A stretch of 64,000 nucleotides of DNA, from assembly GCF_030028105.1 (NCBI RefSeq), contig NC_092394.1:16283939-16347938 (forward strand), given 5' to 3'. This document shows, in pieces, positions 42,905 to 57,000 of the stretch (positions are counted from its first letter, which is position 1; each line of letters starts with the position of its first letter). The notes under the pieces were generated by a model. That model was given only the letters and a program-made list of their open reading frames with translations. It ran no database searches and was not told the origin of the DNA. Source of the DNA: Mobula birostris (taxonomy: Eukaryota). Made by a program: the position numbers and the translations under genes.

Positions 42905-43805
42905 ATATAAGAACACAAGAAATAGGAGCAGGAGTAGGCCATCTGGCCTATCAGGCCTGCTCTGCCATTCAATAAGATCATGGCTGATTTGGCCATTGAC
43001 TCATCTCCACCTACCTGCCTTTTCCCCATAACTCTTAATTCTCCTACTATGCAAAAATCTATCCAACCTTGTCTCAAATATATTACCTGAGGTAGCCTCC
43101 ACTGCCTCATTGGGCAGAGAATTCCACCCATTCACCACTCTCTGGGAAAAGCAGTTACTCAGCTCCATCCTAAATCTACTCCCCCGGATCTTGAGGCTAT
43201 GTCCCCTATTTCTAGTCTCACCTACCAGTGGAACAACTTTCTTGCTTCTATCTTATCTATCCCTTTCATAATTTTATGTTTCTATAAGATCTCCTCTCAT
43301 TCTTCTGAGTTCCAGCGAGTACAGTCCCAGGCAACTCTCCGCATAGTCTAACCCCCTCATCTCTGGAATCAACCTGGAGAACCTCCTCTGCACCGCCTCC
43401 AAAGCCAGTATATCCTTCCTCAAGTTGGGAGACCAGAACTGCACACAGTACTCCAGGTACAACCTCACCAGTACCCTGTACGGTTGCAGCATAACCTCTC
43501 TGCTCTTAAATTCAATCCCTCTAGCAACAAATGCCAACAATCTATTTGCCTTCTTGATAGCCTGCTGCACCTGCAAATCAACCTCTTGTGACTCATGCAC
43601 AAGCACTCTCAAGTCCCTCTGCAGAGCAGCATGCTGCAATTTTTACTATTTAAATAATAATCTGCTTTCATTTCTCCTTCCAAAGTGGATGACCTCACAT
43701 TTACCAACATTGTACTTCATCTGCCAGACCTTGGCCCACTCACTTAACCTATCTATATCTCTCTGCAGATTCTCCATATCTTCTGCATGCTTTGCTTTTC
43801 CACTT
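42905..43805 (-). mobile_element. CR1 LINE 3' part
   Basis: ORFs 43274..43639 ([15 protein letters not shown]) and 42883..43131; ATAAGAAC tail near 42910. Confidence 0.9.
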
Positions 43806-44109
43806 GATTAAAGGTAAGGTTGACCTTCAAAGAGACCTGGGTGTTATTGTACACTAGTCTCTTCAAATTAATTAGGAAAGTAAATGAAATGTTTTTTTTA
43901 TTACAACTGAACTGAGTACAGGAGTAAAGATGTCTTGTTGCAATTATAAGAACCTTGATATCACAATGGATTACTGTATACAGACCTTATCTAAAGGAGG
44001 GAGCGCTGCAAATATTCACTTGTCTGGTTCCAGAGAGGTCAAGCTTGTTCAATGAGAAGGTGGGAGAAGTGGTTGGAATACCAAGCCACAGCCTGGGTGC
44101 TAGAAAATG

Positions 44110-44427
44110 GGATTACCATAGATAGTACCGTACGTCACCCCAGAATACACTAAAGTGTACCCCTGCCTAATAGGGGTCAAAAATAATGACAGTGTTGCTC
44201 GCTGCACTGTTTGCAACAGTGACTTTTCTATTGCCCATGGTGGGTTAAGACTGTAAAAGACATGTTGAGGTGAGTTTAACAGGTGTCATTCGTTCATTAG
44301 CATAGCTAACGTTATTTAAACTAGCTGGCTAGCTGCTAAGGAGCTACCCTATTGCAGACATCCCACTTCTCTCGCAAATTGATGGTGCTACCTCCCTGAA
44401 ATAAGTTTTTGCAGGGTGGGATGTCTG
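44110..44427 (+). mobile_element. DNA-transposon 5' remnant with BED-like zinc finger and a 73-bp TIR-bounded segment
   Basis: Encodes YTKVYPCL...ARCTVCNSDFSIAHGG; CAGACATCCCAC (44355) / GTGGGATGTCTG (44427) inverted repeat. Confidence 0.5.
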
Positions 44428-47400
44428 GAATATCTTTTTTCCCAGGGTAGAACTGTTTAATAGCAGAGGGCATGCACTGAAGGTGAGGAGGGGTAGATTC
44501 AAAGGAGATATGAGGATTAAGTTTTTTTATTCAGAGATGATGCCTGGAATGCATAGCCTGGTATGGTGGTAGAGGCAAACACATTACAGGCTTTCAAGAG
44601 ACATTTACAGACACATCACTATGAGGAACATGGAGGAATATGGACATTGTGTAGGTAGGAGGGATTTGTTTTTTGTGGGTTTTGGATTTACTTTTTAGCT
44701 GGTTCAGCACAACATTGTGGGCTGAAGGATCTGTTCCTGTGTTGTGGAATATTTGCACATCACTACAATTACGAAGTTCTTCTGTCTGCCAGCACGCATA
44801 TTTGCAGTAAGTGTGGATCTAAGATGCCTCCCAAGTGTAATGAAAAATTGTGAACACATTTTTGCCTGCTATTAATGTAACTTGATATCTTGAGGAAATC
44901 CCGCATCCAGCGAACAAATACATCTTCCATGCTAACACTGGTAAAACTGCTGAACTTTGCAGCTGGCTCAGAGAAATTATTACAAATTACAAAAGGGGGA
45001 AAAAAACACATCTTGGCCATCAATAGAAACTTTACACAAAGATTTATCAGCACTTCAGAAAGAGAAAATAAAATACCATTTTATACAGAGCTCAAGTTTT
45101 TATTATTTATGATCATGAATCATGATTAGAGAAATTAATACGAAATATTACAATGTCAGCAACTGTTGCTTAAGGTTTAAAACTGTACTAAGCATTTTCA
45201 GTGCACTAAGTACATGGGGCACAATAAATTCTACTTTGTCAAAAGACAACTCTGGGCAACACACAAACTTCAAGCTTATAAACATGATTATAATGCTCAA
45301 CATCAACTGCAGCTTACCTTTCAGCAGGTCAAAGGCTCTGTAATTATTCGTTGTAATCAGCATGCAGATTCTTATGTTTCATATTTAATACCTTTTCCTG
45401 TTTAAGATACTGTAAAAGCCTTTTTCTCCTTCAGTCTGCTATGCACCTGTAGCTTTTATGTAGATGCATCCACCTGTGTGAGGGTAATTAGAAACTTTTT
45501 CCCTTAAGCAGAGATACCTACATCCAGCAGAGATACAAGTTTAAGGTAAGGGGAAGAAGATTGAGGAGACTTGATTTTTTTTGGATCTAGACTAGAGGGT
45601 GGTTGAAATCTGGAACGCACTGCCTGAGGGGACAGTGGTAAACAAGTACTCTCCAAGATTTATAAAGAATGTGGATTACCCCTTCAAATACCATGGCATA
45701 AAGGCTAAAGGGAGAAGGATGCAAAAAGGGATTAATACACATTGGTATATGACGACAGGCATGGACACAGTGGGCTGATGGGGCTGTTTCTGCCACTATA
45801 TGACCTTCTGAAGTGTTTTATCTCCTGGTAGAGCTGCAATACTCAGTCTTTGCATCATTGCCTCTTTCATCATTACAAATGTCCCGTCCTACTTTATTCC
45901 TATTCACATGTCCACAGACTATTTCTACTGTAACCAACCTGGTTACTACCTACTTGGAAAGATGTTTTTTGCTGAGCGTCAACCATCTTCTAGAAATTGT
46001 ACAACAATCCATGGATCAATCTTTCTCAATCATCTTGCTACTGGTACTAGAAGCTTACCAATACTGTGGAAATTTGAAGGCTTTTTTGTTGAACACTAAG
46101 CTCCGAATAAGATGCCAGAAGTCAACGAGGTTGAATGAGGAAAATGGAAAGCATTTTTTAATAAAAGCATTTTGTGCCAGAATGCTTATTAACTTGATGG
46201 ATTCATTCAACTGCCTGCAGCAAGGTGAATGTGCTATCTACCAACCCCAGATGGTTATATATGGACACTTGGAAATAAGGGCATTAGGTAAGTACATGAT
46301 TGGAAATATTCAGGAGGTTATGGACCAAAGACTGGTAAATGGGCTAGCATGGAAGAGGCATCTTGGTTGGTATAGAGTTGGGCTGAATGGCATGTTAAAG
46401 TGCTGTATGACTTAATGACTCAACATAAAGTGCACAACTTTTACAAGAAATAACACAATTAGAAGTTAATTTTTAATGCAAAATGATGAATGTGGTCATA
46501 GTGTGGCTAAACTGTGGTGATTATGATTACGCCAGTTGCTTCAAGAACCAGATGGTTAAAGGGAAAAATAACTAAGGAATGAAAAGTAGACACCCTGCTA
46601 CCACATTATCTATGACAGCAGCAGTAATATTTAACCATATGCCACATATGCACTATGTCAGCTTGCACATCTACAGAATTTTTTTTATTTTCTGATAATA
46701 ATGTTAATATTATTTGATATTACATACGTACTGTGTTTTGCACCTAGGTTCCTCCCAGAGGAACGTTGTTTTGTTCAAGTATGGTTGAATGATAATAAAC
46801 TTGGATATAAAGTTCCAGAATTATTATTTTGCCCTTAGATTTCCTTCCTGTAGTTTACAAGCGTAAATTCATCACCATTGAGGATGATTCTAAAAACTTT
46901 AAGTCAGAATGCTCTGACAGCAAAGCATTAAGCTGTGGTCCCCAAAACCTTTGAAATGGAAGAAAGTTGTTGACTTTGTCTAAATATACTGGTTGGACTA
47001 CTGTTTACAATCAGTTAAGTTCAACTGTCAAGCCACAACACAATAATAATAACAATTAACAACTTTAGCAGTTAGTAGTTCCTTGGAACAGTGTGTGGTT
47101 ATGAAATGTGAAACGAAGCTCCCCATCACCCCCTCCGCCATATCAACTATATGTGGTCAGAAAACCCACAAATACAAGCAGGACTGCATTTCCTTTATAA
47201 TATTGACAAATGGTACTTGGTTAAATTTCAAGAAATGCTGCAAGTAATGTTGCCTCTTGGCATACCCGGTCCACTAGTAGTCCTATTTGTCCAAATTGCT
47301 GTAGATCTGCAAACAGCTAAGTAGTTGTCAGTATCACAATGCATTTCACATGTAAAGGTGCTTTCAATTGTATATCACAGGGTACTGGACTGAGGCATTA

Positions 47401-47590
47401 CAAAACCAATAATGATAACTTAATCTTCTGTGAGCATGGCTCCTTGGTTGAGTGTGTATCCTGGCCAGCCGAATGATACACTGGCAATGATGTGCTTAAT
47501 TTATCAAGAGGCATTGTTAGCAAGTTCACTACCTGGCATGCTAACAATAGAGGAGAAATTTGATGGCCCCTTTAAACTAAAACTTGATCT

Positions 47591-48058
47591 TCATTTTCTA
47601 CGATTTGCTTGATTCTTTTCTGCTGCTTCTTCAGCTTTCTTCTTTCTCCACTGACAAATATCGGCAAAATCACACGTCCGACATTTCCAGGCCTCCTCGA
47701 TGTCCACCCCCTTGGCCTCCCTCTGGCCCTTCCAGAAGGAGCAATAATATTTCAGCTCCTTTTTAACCCACTCCTCTTCAAAGCACACCACTTCTGTCCC
47801 AATTACAGATGCATCAGCTTGGTAACAGTATTCTATCTTTAGGATGTCAATGGTGGGGATCTCGGCGTACATCAGGTTCAAAAAAATTAAATCCAAGAGG
47901 TCACCAAATGTGTTTACAGACAATCCTATCGTTTGAGTATATGCCATGACCTCTGAACTGAAGCTCCGCTCTGTTTCTAAGTGAAGATGGTGAATGATTG
48001 TGTTTTTGTTCAGCTGGCCTTTGATCAGAGCCTCAAAGAGAAGTTTGTATACACTGAC
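47591..48058 (-). CDS. EXO5: EXO5 last coding exon
   Basis: Acceptor CCTTTTTATCACCAG; [11 protein letters not shown]...[14 protein letters not shown]...NRRK-stop; 468 nt. Confidence 0.95.
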   Translation of the reverse strand, partial: VSVYKLLFEALIKGQLNKNTIIHHLHLETERSFSSEVMAYTQTIGLSVNTFGDLLDLIFLNLMYAEIPTIDILKIEYCYQADASVIGTEVVCFEEEWVKKELKYYCSFWKGQREAKGVDIEEAWKCRTCDFADICQWRKKKAEEAAEKNQANRRK

Positions 48059-51000
48059 CTGGTGATAAAAAGGATTTAGATTTACTACATCAAAGATATC
48101 CTATCTGCATACCACAGAGACAACTCCTGCTTTTCATTCAAATCACATAGTGAGGATTATTATTCAGTCATTGGTTTTGTGGCAAAGAAACATGAAATAA
48201 ACAAAAAACATTATGTTGATTTAATCAGACAGTTGTCCAATCACTTGCCAGGACATTCTAGCACTCACTCTATGGGGCATGCAATTTATAAATAATATAA
48301 CTGTGGTAGGAAGTAAATACTTATTTAAATAGATTATGTTTAAAACATAAACTGATGTTTTATTTTAAAGTGTGAGAACTGTTGCACAGGCAAGTGCAAC
48401 AGGTATTCTACAACAGATATTTGTCACTTACTATCAGCATAAAATTGGTTGATCAGTGTGACAAAATTGAAGCAACGCTTAAAGCCTGTAATAATTTTAT
48501 TCCAGTGTTAGGATTTTGAAATAAAAGTGTTCTCCCCCCCCCCCCATTCATTTCTATGATTACAGGCTTTGAAAGCATATACATTTAGAGCAAATAGTTC
48601 ATTGTATTAGACAACAGATTCTTATCGTTTTGGCAAACAACAAACAAACTGTTAGAGAAATTCAGCAAGACAGTCAGCATCTGAGGAGGGAAATGGACAG
48701 TCAACATTTTCTTTCTGGAAGATGGAGTTCGGATAGCCCATATAAAGAGGTGAGGAGAAGGGGCGGAGCAAGAGCTTGCAAGTGCTAGGTGGTTCCAGGT
48801 GAGGAAGGGTATTAAGCAGATGGTGGAGGGAAGAGTGGAAATAGTGACAGAGGCTCTGAGGTGATAAATGGAGGTAGGAAATGGTTGTAAATTATGGAAT
48901 CTGATAGGAAAGGGAAGTGGAGCAAGGAAATAAGTATTTCATTAAATCAAAAAATTCTTGCAACCAAATAATAATCTGCAAACCTGTATGTTCTTTTTTT
49001 TTGATTAAGATGATTTTTCTCAGAATGATATGGTAGATTAACTAACTCTTGTGCAGGAAAGAAGTACAAGATTTAATGGAATTGGGTACACCTAGTCTAT
49101 AAAATGCCTCAGGTATCAACCATTCATATGTATTATATGCCCTACAGAGGATTAAATAAAAATTCTCCATAATACTTTGACTGATGAAGAATAGTTTGTT
49201 TATGATTAACACATTCTCTTAATAAACCTAGAAATGTGGTCCAGGACAACTGCTTGCCACCTTTGAAAATATCATGTGAGAGGCACAAGATCATTTATAA
49301 ATAAACAGTTAACAGGAAGCTCATTCTATTTGTTGATTAGGAAATATGTCTAGATGTGATGGGAAATTAGGTCACTCTCAGTATTGGGAAATTTTTGAGA
49401 ATAAATTAGGAATCACCCAACACATTAATATAACCATTGAAGGGTAAGCTAAAGACTGACATAAACATAAAAGAAAATTGTTTTTCTTTTGAAGATATTC
49501 TGAGGTGCCTCAGTTTAACATTTGAAAGATGATACTTTAGCAGTGTAATATATCATGTTACTGTACTGGATTTGCGTGTTTAAGTTCTAATTGGTGGCTG
49601 GAAACCAAACCCTCCAGCCCAGAGGAGACTGTACTGTTAAATAAGCCATCTAGAAAGGTCTATGAAGATCCTCCTACAGAATGCACTTTGGATTTACTCT
49701 GGAACACAAAAGCCCATGTTATTAAGTGTAGATTTGGTCTGCTCTTATCAACGGTATTGCTTTGCACTGTTGTAACTATATGCTATAATTATGTGGTTTT
49801 TGTCAGTTTTAGTCTTGATCTGTCTTGTGTTTCTGTGATATCATACTGGAGGAACATTGTATCATTTTTTAATGCATGCATTTCTAAATGACAATAAACG
49901 AGGACTGAGTGTCCTCATAATCTAATCTAATCTAGATTTGATTCTGCTATAGGAGAGTATAAAATCTAACCTATGATAGGCACTTTACCCATGCAACTGG
50001 ATGTGTCTGCCCAATGAAATCTGGGATGACCAAGCACCTTTGTTTGAATTATTAGGTCAAGATCAAAATAATCGATGGCAATAATCTAATTAGAAGTTAG
50101 TGCGAAATTCCTACATTTCAAATGGTTCTTGTCCTACTCACTCACTTGTAAGTGATGGCTCTTCCTTTGGGCTGCATGGGGTAATGTTGGTTGACCACGA
50201 GTTTTCAGTTCATGGAGTTCCAGTTCACCACTGGAATTGTAGCACAGCTCATCAATCACACCAACCAGGAAAATCCCCTCCACTTCTCCAAACACAGGCA
50301 ACTCTCGGACACGCTCTCCTGTACAACACACAACCAAATTACTTTGAATTATCAGGCTATCTGCTAAAGATTTTGAGTCGAATATGACCTACTGCCCAAA
50401 GCAACTGGCTTGCAGCTAGAATTTGTCAATAATCAGATGAGATTATAGGTGCAGCATCTTGCCCACAAACAGGCCACCCACATCCTGAAGGGACTTATTT
50501 ACAGCCCGTTATGCTGCTAGTGTTCAAAGGTTGTTTTATCATTTTAGGGCAGCAATGAAGGTCCTCCATCTCTGATGGTGTTCAGAGCTTCCTTCAGCAA
50601 GTCAGTAGCTTCCTCTGGGTTTTCACTACTGTCAGTCATGCAAGTCCCAGGTGGAGACTCACTCAGATGTAGAAGGATTCTTCATTGCTGATTTCTGTAA
50701 CAGTTTTGTTTTACCAGTCAGGGTGTTTAGCCCTGAAATGAACCCCCAAACTGGGAGGTCTGGTGGACCATACTCTTAGTCTGGTCTCTACCTTTTGACC
50801 AGTTTGGCATGGATGACCTTACCAAGAGCCAAAGCATAAGGCCCTGACTCCAGTCAACAAAGCTCTCTGCGTCATTGAGGCACGTACACCTCCAGACCAC
50901 AACATAGTTGTAGTCCTCTTGGTGGCTGAAGGAACCAACCAGTAAAGCAATATTTAAAATGGTAATCAATTTTCATCCATAAGAAAAACAGTGATACTGT

Positions 51001-54000
51001 GAAAAAAAATGCTACAAACCAAACATCCAAGCTAAAGGTGCTTTGATAAGAAAAAATACATTTATCATATTGTTTTTGAATTTCAAGCTCCCTACCTTTT
51101 ATGTAACAACCTATTGATATATTTGTACATACCTGCCTGCAAGAACTGGATCATTGAGAGAAAATTAAGAAGCTTAACACCCCAACTATCTTCCTGGCAC
51201 TGTATATTGATTGGGACAATGTCCTGGATCTCCAACTCTAAAGAAAAACAGACAGAAATTATATATTTTTATAACCACAATTCCTTCAGTTTCACTCTGT
51301 ATAGTGTAATGTGACACCTCCGTGAACTAGGCTGAGAAAAAGTAAATGGGCGGCTCTAACCCCGTCATTAGATTTATGAAAAGGATTTACTTTAAGATCG
51401 AATTTGATCCTACCATGCACCATTTAACAATAAAGAGATGCCACATTTTAAGTTATTGTGGGAACTGTCAGTTTAATCACAGTCATTTCTCAACAGCAAC
51501 CATGCATATTCCACAGCAGCAGTTAATTTATTCAGACATAAATTATACAGCTTTTGATATGAATTAAGCAATCTTAGGAAACATACCAGGCAGGGATCCT
51601 ATAGGAAAATGGTTAGATTTAGCTGCACTATATCACACAATCAATTATCAAGCTAATGACAACTATGCAAGCATGCAAAGCTTCTCCACTGGGGTTCCAT
51701 GAGAGATCGTTAGGGGTTCTGCGAGAGATAGTGATTTTAAAAGACATCGTTTTTTAAACTTCACGCTCACAGTGGAGGGCAGTGACCAAGCAGCCCCGTT
51801 AGCATTCTTGTTAGAGGTCCCTCAGCTCAGTATGGCAGCATGCAGTAGGACTGTGTTTATTTGCTTGACTTCATGGATGGCAGGACAGTAGGCTGATGAG
51901 GAGAATGAAGTGTGTTTTCTGAGCACTGAATGGATTCACCCAACTTGGGCTGTGACGCCAGCCTCTCCCTGCCAAGTTACCTCCCCCAACTTACACTTAC
52001 GCATTGCCAACTGACTTATGGGAGTGAACAAACTTGACTGGTGTAGTAGAACATTGGAGAGAAAGTTTCATTGTAAAGAAGGAATCTTTACACGCCACAA
52101 CTCAGCTGCTGGCCTGCCGCTTTGCTGTTGTAAACGTTGCAAAGGTGGATTGTGTAGGTTAGAAGTGAATTGTCTTGTGAAGTTTTAGTATTTTCACAAT
52201 TTTCTCATTTATTATGCCGTACTATTTTATATTTTATCAACCCCCATGATTTACAGATATGTCTGACAGTACAATGGTCCAAGTCATTTCACTGCACTAG
52301 TGCAACAACAGACACAAAAAAAGTCCATCTTTACAATGAAAGCGACTTATAGGTTTTACATAGACTGGTGATTTAAGTTGTCCTATTCCATTGTGCCTAG
52401 TCTGTAGCAAACAACTTACAAATGTAGCAATGGCTCCAGCAAAGACACTTAACTACACATCACAGCCATATGGCACACAACAGTGCCGAATATTTTAAAT
52501 GGCTATTGGAATCTCAAAACAGAGTAAAGTTTTTGTTAATAAAGTCATCGTCAGTAAAAAGACTCAGGAAGCAAGTTATTTACAAACGTTTGTAGTAGCA
52601 GAACTTATTACCCTGAAAAGGAAATGTCACACAGCTGGTGAGAACCTAATAATGCCAGGATGTAAAATGATAGTGGCTAAAATGCTAGGACAAGATGCAG
52701 CACGAGAAATTGAAAATGTTTCACTCTCAAACAATATGATAAGTCGACATACTGATGCCATGTCATTTAATGCTGAAGAGGTTTTATGTGATAAACTGAA
52801 AAACAACAGCTTCTCTATCAAGGTTGACGAATCAACAGATTTCACCAATAAATGTCATGTCGTAGCAGTTGTAAGATTTGTAAATGATGGTGAAATTCAA
52901 GAAAACTTTTTCTGTTACACAGAGCTGCCTAAAACAAGCAAAGACCAAGATATATTTAATATTTCGTCTTCATATCTCAAAACAAAAGGTCCATCTTGGA
53001 GGAACTGTATTGGCACTTGTGTTGCTTCAGATTATGGCTTTTAGTAAATTTACTATTAATTTTCATGTTAAAATCAATTTACAACCTTTATTTGAATTAA
53101 ATCTACCGAGCCTACAAAATTAAATCCCATTTTGGCTTAAGCCAGTTATTTAACAGAATTTATTATATTTTCCTTATGAGTTTTTAAAATTTATGAAAGG
53201 GAAAGAAAGATACTAATTTCAAGAAAGGTAAGCTAAGCTTAACTACCTGTTTTTTTTTTTCTCTCTAGGAAAGGTTCATTCTCTACTCAAAAGAGCATTG
53301 ACAATTACTTTTGGATTATTATATCTACAACTCACTGATCATGCTATTGTGCCGTGAGTTGTAGATATAATAATTTTTACACAGGGGTTGTCTGAGACCT
53401 GAAAATTAATTCAAGGGTTCCTCGAGGGCAAAAAGGTTGAGGAAGGTTGTTTTAGCCCCTTAAGCCTGCTTCACCATGTAAAAATATAATGCTGATCCAA
53501 TTATACCCTCAACTCCATATTCTCATCTACCTGTGATAACTTTCATGTCCTTGCTGATCAAGTTTGTCTTCGTATCCATCTTAAACTGTGATTGCTCGCT
53601 TTAGATTGCTCTACACGAGGAAACGTCCTATCCATATCCACCCTGTCAAGACCCATCAGGAGCATAAATATTTCAGTATCTTCGTGTTCTTCGAAATCCC
53701 AGTGAATGTGAACCACCTGCATCTAACTATTCCTTACAAGATAATTCATCCATTTCCAGTATTAGTCAAGTAAATCTTTTCTCAACTGTTCCAAGGGAAT
53801 TAACACTCTTCCTTAAATAAGGGGCCTGTTATTGTACACTCCTCAAACTGGGGCTTCACTTAAGCATAAGCATGTTGCTGCAACACACATCAAAGTTGCT
53901 GGTGAACGCAGCAGGCCAGGCAGCATCTGTAGGAAGAGGTGCAGTCGACGATTCAGGCCGAGACCCTTCGTCAGGACTAACTGAAGGAAGAGTGAGTAAG

Positions 54001-57000
54001 GGATTTGAAAGCGGGAGGGGGAGGGGGAGATCCAAAATGATAGAAGACAGGAGGTGGGGGATGGAGCCAGGAGCTGGACAAGTGATAGGCAAAGGGGATA
54101 TGAGAGGATCATGGGACAGGAGGTCTGGGAAGAAAGACAGGGGGGGGGGCCCAGAGGATGGGCAAGGGGTATATTCAGAGGGACAGTGGGAGAAAAAGGA
54201 GAGTGAGAGAAAGAATCTGTGTATAAAATGTTGCTCATGTTGCTTTTGTCTCATAATATAGTACAACAGCTAGTTTACCAGTTTTTTGCTGTAACTAATT
54301 TTTCACAAAAAACTGCTAGTTAATTTTTGTGAATTATGCACTACGGCAACCTAACTCCACTGCAGCAGGGACTCTGGAGTTTCTTACCATTCAGGTACAT
54401 TTTCCTTATCCTTCCTGCTGAAATAGACAATTTTACATTTTTTAACATGATGCCAAATATTTGTCCATTGACCTAACCTACCTAACATCCATTTATACCT
54501 CACTAGGGCGACTTCACAACTTACTTTCCATACTGTCATCTTGTCTTCTGCAAATTTAGCAACCACCTCTTCAGTCCATTCATCAGTGTCATTTTTATAA
54601 ACTGTAAAAACTGAGGATTCCAACGTCAGCCTTTCTGGCATACCACTCCTTATAGCTTTCAACCACAAAAATACCTATTTAGGCCTATTTTCTGATTACT
54701 TTATTAGCACAGTTTGTCTTCTTTTGCACATTGTCTGTCAGCCTTTGTGTGTAGTTTTTTAAAATTTATTTTACACCCCTTCTGATTATTGAGGAAACTT
54801 AACCAATCCTGTATTTCCCTGATCCTCCAGAAAGACCAGTAGTCGGTTCTCCTAAGTTAGCTGTTAGGAGTTGCACTGAAATTATTTCTTTATTTATTGA
54901 GATCTAGCACGAAGTAGGCCTTTGAGCTGCACCACCCAGCAACTGCCGATTTAACCCTAGCCTAATCATGGACAATTTACAATGACCAATTAACCTAACA
55001 ACCAGTATGTCTTTGGACTGTGGGAGAAAACCAGAGCACCTGGAGGAAACGCACGCAATCACTAGGAGAACATACAAACTCCTTACAGGCAGCAGTGGGA
55101 ATTGAACCCAGGTTGCCCATACTGTAAAACATTGTGCCAAGTACTACACTACCATGCTGTCTGATTTCCCCCATGGAAATCACTATTTGACATTATTGGT
55201 GGTCGACATTTGGAATTGTGGTTTCACTTCTGCATTTTAGCTTATTGTATTGCAAAACTGGGGCCTGTTCCCTGGAGTCTGATAGGGTACCTCTTGCCAG
55301 ATGAATGCTGCTACCGGTTTTCACAACTGGATGTTCATCACGTAGTCGTTGAATGTGCGGTATTTCCATCCCATAGACCACCTGCTGTTCACACCAAGCC
55401 TGTTGACTCAGGTCTGTGACACTCAGGTACTTTCGATCAAACCGCTCCAGTGGGATCCTACTGTCCCGCCTTCTCCTTTTGAAGCTGCTGCCTTCACACT
55501 GAGAATCACTTCCATTCCCTGACACAGGCAGCTGAATGGAAGATTGCTCATGTCCACTGTGGGGGAAAAAAAAAGACTTTTTTTGGCAAAACTCAATGCA
55601 GAGCCTTGACAAAGTTAAATTTAAAAACTTTACTTTAAAAGGAAATACAAGTTGTAGTCCATTTAAAAAAAATTAGATGGCAATACCTTGATATATAGTT
55701 AGTGGGAATGGATTTAAGATTAAATTGATTAAATTGCAAGAAAATGTCCTTACATTTGTCACCAAAAAACTAAATTCACCCAAAAGAAATAATTTCACAA
55801 AGAAGGCAACTGACAGTCATTATGATAAGCGAACTTACAAAACTTGAAGAGCAGAATGATGAGATATTGAGTCAGTTAAACAACAAATATGCCACCTGAA
55901 CACCAAATCCAAGCTGAATTGCTGGTTAACAAAACGCACTGCAAGAACTGGCCAAGATAATGACTGTACATTTGCAGATACAATGACAGCAGAACTATGG
56001 ATTAGGCATGTGAACTGTTAAAATGTACAAGTCCAGATGGATCTGTTAGTATTTCCTACACACACTGCGATCTGGAGCAAAAAAACATACTGCTGGAAGA
56101 TGCTTCCTGACCTGCTGAGTTCTTTCAGCAGTTTGCTTTTTTTTAAAAAGTCAGTGATTTCTTTCTCCTCCACAGGGTACAATTTTTCCCCAAAGCAATC
56201 AGCATAGAATCATTGCTGTGAAGGCACACTATTCTTGCTGTAAAATTGTGTAGAATGGTGTATAACTTCAGTTTTAATTAAGTATTTAAGCCTAATTATT
56301 AGTGTAGCACATCTCTGGCCCTGATAAGCTAACTTTATGTGCAGATTAGGAGTGGGGAGATGGAGTCCAATTTTAAAATAATATTTTAAAGCTTATGATA
56401 TTTCAGATTTCAGTTTAATCCAGATTTATGCCCCAATCTTTATCTGCCCTCATTTTTTTCTTGTTTGGAGGGTGTGGGAATTTTTCAGGGAGCATTGTAG
56501 GTTATTTCAGGTCATGCCAGACAGCAATTCACAATGAAAAAGAGGAGATTGACAATATGATGCCCACAGTTTGGGTTACTGAATTGTGGGCATGCGATGT
56601 AGGTGCCAAAAGCATGGCAACACTTGTGGGTTTGTGAGCACAATTCTCGCTAATTTGATTTGATGCAAACGACACACTTCACTGTAGGTTTTGATGTTTC
56701 AATGTATAATAAACCTCTCTCTTTTGCCTGTTACACCGCCGGCATTTAGGGAAGTAACAAAGGTCCTCCATCGCTGGCAATGTTCATGGCTTCCTTCATC
56801 ATGTCAGTAACTTCAAATAAAGCTAATACTTAATTTTTAAACTACTTAGACCACTTGGACTGTGGTCAGGCATGGCAGGGAGAGTTTTCTTCCTTCTCCC
56901 GTCTGCATGAGATGTGGGACTTTGGAGAAACTTTGAACTTTTTTTTACTGTGCCATGGACTGTTCTTCATCAAGTTATGATATTGTTGCACTGTTGTAAC

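Noticed and set aside
44760-46415. 200-aa ORF 45813..46415 and several 60-95 aa ORFs on both strands
   Set aside because: Non-ATG start, the end runs into a CR1 3' UTR, no motif recognised and no consistent splice pattern. Could be EXO5 3' UTR or a decayed sequence; a tBLASTx hit would be needed to reconsider.
51668-53457. 8-bp TSD for the Charlie-like element
   Set aside because: Flanks CAAGCATG and TTTTAGCC do not match, so the exact ends are uncertain.
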